A stretch of DNA of 64,000 bases, taken from the NCBI GenBank assembly GCA_030265395.1, contig JARFYF010000001.1, positions 93,534,488-93,598,487 on the forward strand, read 5' to 3'. Both the position numbers and the translations under genes were made by a program. Below, one piece after another: positions 1 to 10,520 of the stretch (its first letter is position 1; the number at the start of each line of letters is the position of its first letter). The DNA is from Rhina ancylostomus (Eukaryota). The notes under the pieces were generated by a model. The model did no database searches and was not told the DNA's origin. It saw nothing but the letters and a program-made list of their open reading frames with translations.

Positions 1-320
1 GCAGTACAAGGGAAAACAATAACAGAATGCAGAATAAAGTGTTATAGTTGCAGAGAAAGTGCAGTGCAGGCAGACAATGAGGTGCAAGGTCATAATGAGG
101 TAGATTGTGAGGTCAAGAGTCCATCCTATTGTATCAGGGAACCATTCATAGTCTTATAACAGCAGAACAGAAGCTGTTCTTGAGCCTGGTGGTATGTACT
201 TTCAGGCTCTTGTATCTTCTGCTGGATGGGAGGGGGGAGAAGAGAGAATGCCTGGGGTGGGTAGGGTCTTTGATAATGCTGGCTGCTTTACCGATGCAGC
301 GAGAAGTGGAGATAGACATG
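1..320 (-). mobile_element. Rex-Babar (Rex1-like) LINE, 3' fragment
   Basis: Minus strand encodes KAASIIKDPTHPRHSLFSPLPSSRRYKSLK, typical of the Rex1 ORF C-terminus. Closely matches the longer copy at 61990-62300. Confidence 0.85.
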
Positions 321-396
321 TTTTTGGGAGGTCACAACATATTCTTTGTTGGGCATTTTAAAAATGTGTATTGATTACCCATGACAAGCCTGTATT

Positions 397-497
397 CCTA
401 CTGACCCCATCCCCTTCCTGCCCCTACTGACCCCATCCCCTTCCTGCCCCTACTGATCCCATTCCCCTCCTGCCCCTACTGACCCCATTCCCCTCCT
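397..497. repeat. 26-bp tandem minisatellite (cctactgaccccatccccttcctgcc, about 3.9 copies) running into an N-gap
   Basis: Units are directly visible, with 1-3 substitutions between copies. Confidence 0.95.
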
Positions 498-597
498 NNN
501 NNNNNNNNNNNNNNNNNNNNNNNNNNNNNNNNNNNNNNNNNNNNNNNNNNNNNNNNNNNNNNNNNNNNNNNNNNNNNNNNNNNNNNNNNNNNNNNNN

Positions 598-940
598 CTG
601 CAAACCAACCTTTTGCGATTCATGCACAAGCACTCCCAAGTCCTTCTGCACAATAGTATAATAAATTGCCGTTTTTTACTGGTAAAAGGTTGCCGGTAAA
701 AAACGGCAATCTTTTACCGTTTAAACAATAATCTGATCTTCTATTTTCCCTTCCAAAGTGGATGACCTCACATTTACCAACATTGTACTCCATCTGCCAG
801 ACCCTTGCCCACTCATTTTAACCTACCTACATCTCCCTGCAGACTCTCCGCATCCTCTGCACAATTTGCTTTTCCACTCAATTTAGCGTCATCAGCAAGC
901 TTAGATATGCTTCTCTCGGTCCTTCTTCCAAGTCATTAAT
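598..940 (-). mobile_element. CR1 LINE ORF2 (RT C-terminal region) fragment
   Basis: Minus strand gives SKLADDAKL (FADD-like), RLK*VGKGLADGVQC and QKDLGVLVHESQKVGLQ. Homologous to the + copy at 16940-17200. Confidence 0.9.
665..710. repeat. 21-bp-arm inverted repeat (hairpin) inserted in the CR1 fragment
   Basis: attgccgttttttactggtaa-aagg-ttgccggtaaaaaacggcaat: 19/21 Watson-Crick pairs plus 2 T-G pairs. Confidence 0.9.
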
Positions 941-2029
941 GTTACCAGCAACTTGTGTGTGGGTGTGACAGTGTTGACTTCCTGATTTATTCTGGGCGGT
1001 AATGAGAAGCAAACAACTGGCTGAACTGTTACACGTATGATCCGATTTTTATCTTGGTTGACCTGGGGTTCTTCATCTGGTTGGATATACCAAAATGCAC
1101 TGCCACCTTGTGTTTCTTGTGAAATGAAACACAGAACAGCACTGTGTGTATTGGCTCCAACAATACTGGGGACTACAGAATTGAGTTGGTGGCATGCATT
1201 ATGTTATAGGTGGGCACTTTTACAAGGCCAATGTGAATGCTTCCAGTAACAGCAGTACATCAGGAAAAAATGGGGTTCTGTTCAGCACCGGGTGCATGTA
1301 TGAGGGAGGGCCAGCAGGGGAATATGCTACGTGATGGCAATCATCACAAATTGCATTTGGCTGTGTGTAAGTGTGTATGTTTATGCATAAAAGATAAGCG
1401 ATAAAGGTGCCCCTCCCTGTGCAAGACCCTGAACACACCCTTCTCAGCGACCATATTCTGTGACTCAACTGAACTGTTAGGAAATGCATAAAACCACACA
1501 TACAATCCTATTGAGTCGATTTCCAGTCAGGAATGAGTTCACCTGATGAAGTGGCAACACAATCTTGCAGTAGTGCTGTTGTAACTGTAACTGTTCAAAC
1601 ATTGTAAAACGTGCAGCAGTGTGATGAAGGTCACTTTANNNNNNNNNNNNNNNNNNNNNNNNNNNNNNNNNNNNNNNNNNNNNNNNNNNNNNNNNNNNNN
1701 NNNNNNNNNNNNNNNNNNNNNNNNNNNNNNNNNNNNNNAGGTCACTTTAAACTATAATCTTTCATTTCCAGACGGTTTGGGGGACGGGTAGGGGGGAATA
1801 CTGTAGATGTTTTATTTTTAAGCCACAATGTGCACCATCCATGGATGTGGACTGTGCAAGTGGGATCTTAGCTGCAGAAAGAATCATTTTGCCTTAACAT
1901 AGGAAGTGGAAAACCTAATCTGTTAAGAGCGATGTATTCTCCATCGTCCTAATACATTAGCCCCGAATAACGGTGGCATACTGTTAATGTTGCAATCGTC
2001 AGCACACTGGAAGTTGCAGAAGTGTTGTT

Positions 2030-2240
2030 GTGCCATTCAGAGAAACATGATTAGGCAAAACTTCATACCGGAACATAAGGGGTCTCGTGCTATGTTACCT
2101 AAAGCTTACCCAGATTATAACGAACAACTTAAAAGAGAGCGAGGGGGGGAAGCAGAGAACTTGTCAGTGGAATTCCAAAGCATAGGCTGGAGATTGACTA
2201 CATGCCCACCAGTGGTAGAGTGAAGCAAATTGGGAATGGA
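2030..2240 (-). mobile_element. L2 LINE 3' end, degraded
   Basis: gtggaattccaaagcataggc...catgcccaccagtggtagagtgaagcaaattggga is the reverse complement of the L2 3' ORF end seen at 5500-5660. Confidence 0.6.
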
Positions 2241-2792
2241 TGTGCTGGCAATAAATGATGGAGGATGGTGTCTGGGATCAAAATGGACTAGTTATGGCAT
2301 AGGAAGATAAGCCTGCAATGGGAAGCTGTTGGAATGCGAGGTTGGAGCAAGTTGAATGTGAAAGCTTCTCATAGCTTGACTTGTAGTTAGAAGGGTGGGG
2401 GAGGAGAGTCGTGCTTTGGCTGCTGAATGTGGAGGGGCTACTTGCTGTTATGGAGGGTCTGGAGGAGGCTTGTGCCTTGCAGTTCTTCAGGTGGAATAAT
2501 GTGTGCTGGCTGCAGAGAAAATGGAAGCATGAATCTGTGATACGGTAACAATTTTGGGCAGCTTATTCGCCTTCCATAGTCGATCATTTCTGGGCCCTAA
2601 AATAACTGAGCAGGCAGAGGAAAATGAGGCCAATAAAAGGCCTTTGGAATTGAAACAAATAATTTTGACAACTGCTGAAACTTGTGCCAAAAATAGACGA
2701 ATAGGATGTAAAAAGGGAGCAGTTATACCAGCACCTTTTGTGGCCTGTAGATGTTACAAATTGTTTTTCCAAGCAGTGAACTATGTTTGAAG

Positions 2793-3187
2793 CACAGGTC
2801 CTCCCTGGGTTATGAACACCTGACTTATGGACAGCTTGTACGTATGAATGAGTATTTGGGAGACAGGTGGGATGGATGGGGATGAATTGTTAGCTGCTGC
2901 GGGCTGCAAGCATCTTCTGGGTGGCAAAAGAGCATTTCTGCATGCCACCTCTCGCCACCCTGCCTCCCCCGGGCCACAAGAATTGGGGGCTGGGTTAAGA
3001 TGTGCAAAGCTAGGAGCACTGAGCAAACTCACCCACCCCAGTCAGTGAGGCTGCCTGACAGCTGTTCTTCAAGTGCCTGCTAGGTCTCCCATCACAGCTG
3101 TTTCTGTTCATTTCTGACTGAGGAACAGTTTGGGTTTTGAACAGTGCTCTGTAACTGAACCCTGTTTTAACCTTGGGACAAATTGCA
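2793..3187. mobile_element. Tigger/pogo-like (Tc1/mariner) MITE
   Basis: Left end caggtcctccctgggttatgaacacctgacttatggacag and degenerate inverted right end aaccttgggacaaattg. Internal tcatttctgactgaggaacagtttgggtt is shared with the copy at 63121-63437. Confidence 0.65.
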
Positions 3188-4424
3188 CAGTCACTCCTGT
3201 CGCTTAAGGAAGATGGAAACTTGTTTGGTCAAAGGAAACTCCCATTAATAGGTATGCACTCACGTGCCCTGTCAGCAATCATAATAAATTGGTATTAACA
3301 GGTGAAGTGCTCTACTTGAGAAGGTGAAATAGAAGTTAAGTGTTTACTGTTTGTATAAGGGTTAACTCAAACAGCTGATGCCAGGCAGCACCTGGCTATC
3401 GTTGAAGGTATTTTACAAAAGTAAATGCATGATGAGATTGTTTGGCAGCCATCTGACAGTGCCATAGCATGTAGTGAAAGTTTTGTGACAGTTCTTGGAG
3501 TTTGGCTCTGTTTTGTCAGAACTGTGATCTTAACACTAATAATGATGGGAGCTGCCCTGATTAACCGGAGAAGTTTTATACTGTTTGTTTGCTGCTGTCT
3601 ACGTGGAACAGTGCAAGTATAATTTAATCTGAAAAAGATAGCTGGGGCATTAATTTTTGTGGCTGGCTGCTGCCTGCCTGTCATTGATTTTTCTTGATAT
3701 TTTCTGAGCATTTGGTTTTTCTTTCTTGTACCTCTAAGTACATGGTACTTGCTGTACAAGGTGGGTGCTCTTTTCTAATGAGCAGGCAAGGGAGATAAAA
3801 CTTCATAAAATGAAGCCACTCTTGGTAATTGGCCTCTCCCATGTATCCACAAAGCATTCTCTCTATGTATTTCCAAAGTCAATGGACTGCCTTCCATCTC
3901 ATATGTGCAGACTCAGACTGTTAAGTCTCAGGTATGTGCTAAAGTTCTGCTGGCTGATCTCTTTGCCTGTGAAGTGTGCCTTGCAAGGATACATGTATAA
4001 AGTCAAGATAGCACAGCTGGAAGCTTATTGGCATTGCCCTCCATTCAGTCCCATTTACTTGCTGTTTTTCCCTAGCTCTGGAAACCAGTTTTTTTAATGT
4101 GGCGATCCAGTTCTCTTCCCAAAGCTGCCAGTGAATACTTTAAAGCAATGAACTCCAAATAATAAGAGCTTGATAATAAAATAATCTTTCTTCCATCTGA
4201 CTATTTTTAACCTGTTATTTTAAATTTGCCATTTGTTTGCTGACTCTCTTGGCAACAGAACCATTTTCTGCTTGTGTATATTTTCTATAATTAAAAAGAA
4301 GCCACATCCAATCTTCATGCTCATTTACTGCTGATTTTGATCCTACAGTTACGATGAAGTGAACCAAAATCTGTTTGAGTCAGCTCGGCTTGGCAATCAT
4401 GTCTGAATTGTATCTTCTTTTTCA

Positions 4425-4880
4425 GTTTGCAGCAAGTGGACATCAGTAGTACTGTTAACATTTATTGTCCATTTCTAATTGCCCCTGAACTGAGATGGTA
4501 GTTAAGAGTCAATCACATAATTGGGACTGGTCAGGCCAAGTGAGGATGACCAATTTTCTTCCCTGAAGGGCAGTAGTGAACCAAATGGGTCTTTAAGTGC
4601 GATCCAGTGATTTTATGGAAAAGCTGCGGTTGGTGGATATCTGAAATGTCAACAGAAAATGCTCGGTATTCAGTAGCCCAGTAAGCACCTGCAGAGAAAG
4701 AAAAATAGAATTGATGTTTCAGATCAATGATCTTGCATCAGAACCGTTACTGTTAGTAAGACTTTTTTTTTATGTTCCAGATTATTTCGGTTACTTCAAA
4801 TTCCCTAGCTGTCATGGTGGGATTCAAATTCCTGTCAATGATAGAACCCCAACTGCTGTCCAATAACTCAGCTGTCCTTG
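4425..4880 (-). mobile_element. tRNA-derived SINE sharing its 3' tail with the Zenon/Crack-like LINE, interrupted by a Penelope fragment
   Basis: catttattgtccatttctaattgcccctgaactgag tail, ttccctgaagggcagtagtgaaccaaatgggt body and B-box-like gtgggattcaaa near 4820. Confidence 0.65.
4625..4744 (-). mobile_element. Penelope-derived short element with degenerate hammerhead motif
   Basis: Reverse complement of 4708-4744 reads gtt CTGATGC a agatc att gatct GAAACATC aat. Confidence 0.65.
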
Positions 4881-5379
4881 ATGTAATCGGCATTTCCCAA
4901 TCGGACACATCCCCACCAATTTGTATTGGCTACAAGTGGAGGGACTGTAGAGGGGAGTGTGTGAATGATGAACCAATAGTTCAAGGTAAAAGTAACTCAG
5001 TATGGGGCAGTACTGTGCTCTGGTAAGAAAGTGACCAATGCAATCGGTAGAGAGGGGTTAAATCAGCAATGTTATTGGTGTAAACATTCTGGTTAAAAAA
5101 TTTGCTATTATATCCCTGCGAAGGTTGATACAAAAAATGCCACTGTCTGCAGTTAGTTTCACAATTACTTTGCGCATGTGTTTCTTCAATCTTCTGAACT
5201 ATTGCCCTGCTCACATGGACAAAAAGACAACGACAGTCTCTGCCTCTCCCTCCATTTCTTCTGGAGCCACTCATCCATTCCTTTGTTACCTCTGGAACTG
5301 ACTTTTTTTCACTTCTGGGTGGCATCTCTTTTATGCTTTTGAAAACATACCCAGAATTCTGGTACCTGCATGTTAACTT

Positions 5380-5790
5380 GCTCAAGTCTGGCTCCCCCGT
5401 TGCTCCGTTACTTGCCAAAATATATTGGCTTCCAATAAGCAACGCCTGGGATTTAGAAGTTCTCTCTTGTTTACAGTTAGCTCTTTTTTACATTTGACCT
5501 CCTGATCATTTTGCGATTTAACTGCCCCACAATAAATACACATGCCTTCAAGTACTTCGTCCCTAAGTTCTGGATATCCACTGCAATAACCTCTCCTCTC
5601 TGTGTGTCTCTCTTTTCTCCTTATAAACTCTACTTGAAAGCCAATCTTTTGACTCAGCTTTGGCTCAATAATCCTAATATATCCTTTTGTTGTTTTTATG
5701 GTTAAGTGTAAAATTACGTGGGCTGAAGTTCCTTTGAAGTACCTTGGAATGCTTTGCTTTCTTGGAAATGTTTTGTAAGTTGTTTCTGCA
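5380..5790 (+). mobile_element. L2 LINE 3' end, degraded
   Basis: ...tatattggcttccaataagcaacgcctggg (LHWLP-like), ccctaagttctggatatcc, ccaatcttttgactcagctttgg, and tail cctttgaagtaccttgg. Confidence 0.75.
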
Positions 5791-6149
5791 TTCAAATAAG
5801 TATTATTCTGCTTCCCATTTCACAGCTGCTTAGCCCTGTGTGTTTTTTAAATTGCTATGCCTACACAAGTTTCAATATATATAAGGTGGTCTCTGAGTTC
5901 TCTCTGAAGAGTAAGCGTGAAACTGACCATGAAAGAAAAGAACTGAACGATGAACATGGATGCTTAAAGTGCATGGAAAAGCAGTGGGAATTTGCAGAAT
6001 ACATACAAGGGGAAATTTGTGAGATGGTGGGTTTTTGTCATCTATACTGTGATTTTGGGGGTTGCTGAGAGCGCATGAAGTTGCAAAATCACAGTGCTAA
6101 ACTGCCCTTACTGAGCCAGGGGATGATGGGTTGTCTTGAACTTGTGGTC

Positions 6150-6405
6150 ATAGACTCGCAATTAAAAAGGGTTGGCCATCCAGGACCAAGATGAGAAGAA
6201 ATTATTTCAGAGGGTGGTGAATATTGGGAATTTTCTACCCAAATGGAGACTTGGTTGTTGAGTACATTCAGAATAGAGATCGATAGATGTTAAGTGTTTT
6301 GAGATATTATGGGGTTGGTGCAGGAAAGATCAGCCATTATCTCATTGAATGGCAGAGCAGGCCAGAGGAGCTGAATGGCCTATTCCTACTATTTATGTTC
6401 TTGTG
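6150..6405 (+). mobile_element. CR1 LINE 3' end
   Basis: gagggtggtgaatattgggaattttctaccc ... gatcagccattatctcattgaatggcagagcaggc...gaatggcctattcctact. Confidence 0.8.
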
Positions 6406-7374
6406 TTAACACATCGTCATTAAAAGCAATTAACTGCCAGAAATGTTGAGCAGTTGCAGTAACGACAAAAAAAAACAATAGCATGTCTTACTGAAGTACT
6501 TTGAGGTTTAATTTCTTAAATATTTAGTATTAGGGACTCTATAGTGCTTTCACCGAGAGCAGCTGGATGAGTGCCAAGCAGTTGACATCAACAATGCATT
6601 CACTCTGTATGAAAAGCTCTGCATTCAGTGCATATCAGTTGTCATGGGTTAACTATGCTTATCTTCTTTTCTCTTGCCCTTCTCTGTCAGAATTGGGAAA
6701 TAGTCAGAGAACAAATAAGACTTCTTGTTTTTTTAAAAAAATAATCACCTGCCTCCAACAATCCTTCCTCCTACTAATAACTGCTTTCTAAGATCAGTGT
6801 TTTAACAACTTGTCTGAAACATTTCCATCAGCACCATTAATGAGACTTGGAGAGTATAACTACATATTTAAAGAACTTGCCTGACCGAACTATGAGCACA
6901 ACTGTCTAAATGCAATCCGAGGAATGTTCTACCAAGAACTGTTCAGCTACCGTTTTCTCTGTGACCATGCTATTATGTTCCTTTTGCTGTGGTATACAGG
7001 ATTTCCAATGTGGTGAAGATGCATGTCCTGAAAAGTGTGTTTGACAAACCTTGGCAGTCATTTTTAAACTATCAGTTTGATAAAATCATATTGACACAAC
7101 AGCATATTTTAAGTAATAACTGCAAATAATGCTCTTTGTGTGAAGTGTATTTTAAACACTATATATGGTTTATAACCAACTGTTCTGTTCTCATTTGTCC
7201 CGGACATACATTTTCTGACTCATTTCTTATACTTCAGCAAAATTAAAGATTACCAGTGTGTTCAAGATACTGTGTATTTGTAAATCCCAGCAACACTGAA
7301 TTATAATTTTATAACATTGCCCATTCCTCCATTCCCACTTCTTATCTGAAACTCTCATCCATGTTCCTGGCATG

Positions 7375-7495
7375 TCCGGACAGCACAGTAGTGGATTCTG
7401 AACTGCCTTCCCAGTTCAGGGGGCAGTTGGGAATGGGCATTAAATGGCAGCATCGCCAGTAGCATCCACATCCTGGGAACGAATCAATTAAAATA
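7375..7495 (+). mobile_element. 3' tail of Zenon/Crack-like LINE or its partner SINE
   Basis: cagttcagggggcagttgggaatgggcattaaatggcagcatcgccagtagcatccacatcctgggaacgaatcaatt. Confidence 0.65.
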
Positions 7496-7519
7496 TTCCA
7501 GTGCTGTCTCGGATTCCTT

Positions 7520-7918
7520 GGTGTTTAGGAGAATGAGGGGTGAACTTATTCAAATGTAAGATCCTTAGCAGCCTTGACAGGGTAAATGTTGAGAAGTTTC
7601 CATGACTGAGAGAGTCACAAACACGTGGACACAGCTACAAAATAAGAATCTGGTCATTCAAAACTGAGTTGCATCAAGATTTCATCTCTGAGGGTGGTGA
7701 AATCCAGTTTTCTGCCACTGAGGGTGCTGAAGGCCTGATCACTAGAAATTTCTAAGGTGGCGATAGATAAATATTTGAAAGATTGAGGAATTGAGCAGTA
7801 TGGGCAGCTGGCACAGAAGAGGAGTTGAGACCAGCAAAGATCAACTACGGTCATTTGAATGAGGAACAGGCTTGTGGGGCCTGGTGGCCTATTGCTGTTC
7901 CTATTTTCCTGTATTCCT
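7520..7918 (+). mobile_element. CR1 LINE 3' end
   Basis: tttaggagaatgaggggtgaacttattcaaatgtaagatcctt (RRMRGDLI-like) through to tail ggcctattgctgttcctattttcctgtattc. Confidence 0.85.
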
Positions 7919-9534
7919 GGCAGGTTGGTCTTCAATTCCCCAGCTTCCATTTGTTTTCCATTCCATTGACCCTGTTTCCTTGCAGCCTTCCCATATGATC
8001 ACAAGTTGTATCATTCTTGATCCATGTCCTCCAATTTTGCAATATTTTTCTTCAATACTTCAGCCTCAACTTAAACTGTTTCTTGCACCAAGCTTCAAAC
8101 ACTTACATGTAGAGTGAGCTCATTGATGTATATACTGAGTCTGGCAGTAAGTTCCAGACTTGGTGTGTGCACGGTTATCCTATCTCAGCTAGCAAGATTT
8201 GGCATAGAAGGTTACATTGTATGAGGGACTTTCCAAGAGACCTCATTTTGATAAAAGGAGGCTTGATACTTGTGAACAGATGGCTGGAATTGCATTCTAA
8301 CAGACAGGAGAGATTGTGTACAATTGGGATTATACTCAAAGCACTTTTTTTTTCTCTGCCTCTTAAATCTCTCTGTGTTGGTAATGCTACACAAACATCA
8401 GTTGAAAAGATTGCACATTGAAGCTGTGTGTTTTCCCTTGGTGTTTAATTCAGTTTAATGGAAGGAAAATGAAATTAGTGTTGTCAAAAGCTGAATGACC
8501 AATACCCTTCCTTCCCTGTGCACCGATTAGTTCCGTGTAAGACAAAGAAAGGTAAAGCAATCCATTGTTCAAAATGAGGAGCTCTCTCTTCTGTGACAAA
8601 TAAAATGAAAGTGGCAACTCCTACACACTTGGTTCCTCTGCTTCCTGGTCTATTTCACTTGAGTAAATTAATGGGCTAATTTTCTTTTTGTTTTTCTCAC
8701 GTGCCTCTATGTGAGGGATCAACATTAACTTCCAGGTCGGTCCAATGCTCAGGTTAAATATGAAGTAACCAGGAACAGCTGTCAGGCAGAAATCTGTCTT
8801 GGTTCGGCTATTTCTTATGACAAGAAAGGGGACCAGCCATCGTTCAAACTCAGTGACATTGTCACTGCATGGTGTGGAAGAGATCATAATAATGAATTGC
8901 TCTCCAGCGTCACAATGGAAAGTTGAGGGCAAAGATTGGCAAGGTAAAGGGAAAAGTTGCATCAGATAGTTGGTGTGAATTGACGCTTCAGCTTTTGCCC
9001 TGACTCACTTGGTCTTGCTATTTTATGATCTCTCTCAAAGAAAAAGATGATGCTCCAGGGGATTGCAAAAGCTCATCTTGAATCCACTCTCTTCATACCT
9101 TCAAATTTTCGACGAGCACACAGGTTTTTATTTTAGGATTAATTATTGGAAATATGGCCCCTTGATTTAAAAATGCTGAAATCACGTAGAGGCAACAGAG
9201 GAGATTGCAGCAGTTGCAAGAAATGTGTTCTCTTTCCCAGTGGATTGGCTTTATGATTTTGAGAGTTTGTAGTATTAACACTCTGCATTTGGCCAAGTTT
9301 CATGAACCCACCACCACAATGAAATATTGCACTGTCACTTAGTGTTTAATCCTAGAATATACAGGGAGAAACAAACTTGCTGAGATCTGTTCCATGGATG
9401 CATTTGAGGACTCTTTATTGTGTGATACATTTTGAATCATTTCACTAATTCACAAGAAAATTTACTTCATATGTGCTTTGAAGCAAATTGCAGGGAAAAT
9501 ATTTGCTCTCTGATGAAGGAAGGGTAGTGTTGTT

Positions 9535-10070
9535 TTCTCCTTGGGCAGTCCTTTGGGATCAAGGATGACTTGCTTCCACTTGGGTCTGGTGGGTTCTGAG
9601 GTGACTGATGAAGCCAGTATGGGAACCATGGACTTCTGCACATGGGGCTGGAGGTGCCAGGTGAGGATGCGATTGGGCGGTTGATTGTGTTCTTTATGCC
9701 ATTTACACAAGGCAACTGTGTGCTGCTGCCACACAGACTTGAAGTTCTCAATACTGAGCGTTGCTCATCCACTGACCAGTCATGGACCAAGGATTCCCAA
9801 GAATCAGTGGTGATGTTGCACATCCTTGAATCTTTTCCTCTGTCTACCTGGAAAGTCAACTTTCCTGTCCCTCAGGAACAAGCTCAGAATTGAGCTTCTG
9901 TTTCGGGAGTATAGGATCAGGTGTGTGATCGATGTGGCCTGCCCAATGTAGCCATCTGAGTACAATTAGGGTCTCAATCCTAGGGATGTTGGTCTGGGAG
10001 AGGACACTGATCCTAGGTTATTGTCCAATATAATGTTGCTGTATCCTTTGTGCATCATCTTGCTGGTCCT
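9535..10070 (-). mobile_element. RTE-clade (BovB-like) LINE 3' portion
   Basis: Minus strand encodes SVLSQTNIPRIETLIVLRWLHWAGHIDHTPDPILPKQKLNSE, matching the RTE motif LRWAGHVxRMxxxRLPK. Second copy at 52735-53021. Confidence 0.85.
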
Positions 10071-10199
10071 TTCTGTGCCAACTGCTCCATCTTGACTTCC
10101 TTTCTGGTAACTTTTTCTTGAAGTTGTCATCTTTGCTTCAAGTAGCTTCGTTTCCACTCCTTCTCCCCCCCCCCCCCAAGTCACTGTAACCACTTCTGT

Positions 10200-10520
10200 C
10201 TGGGCAATTACCCCTATGCTCTCATCCCCCTGTCTAAATCTCTTGCATTCCTACATTTCTGGTTTCTAATGTATCTGTGACCCCATTTGACTCACATTTA
10301 GTAGTTTGTCTTCCTCTGTGTGGAACCAAAGCTCAAAAACACTACCTCAAATTTCTACAAATCCCGAAGATGCTCCCTGCAGCCTACCTCCTCTTCAGGC
10401 TTCTTTCATCTACTGAAAAGCTCTCTTGTGTGGCTTGGTGTCAAATTTTGACACTCCTGTGAAGTGCTTTGGAACAGCATGCTGTCTTAAAAGTATTGTA
10501 CAAATATAAATGTTTTTTTT
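10200..10520 (+). mobile_element. L2 LINE 3' end, degraded
   Basis: ctcttgtgtggcttggtgtcaaattttgacactcctgtgaagtgctttgg tail, the same family as 5380-5790. Confidence 0.7.

Noticed and set aside
397-497. Short direct repeats as a CRISPR array
   Set aside because: The units are head-to-tail with no unique spacers, in a vertebrate context with no cas genes.
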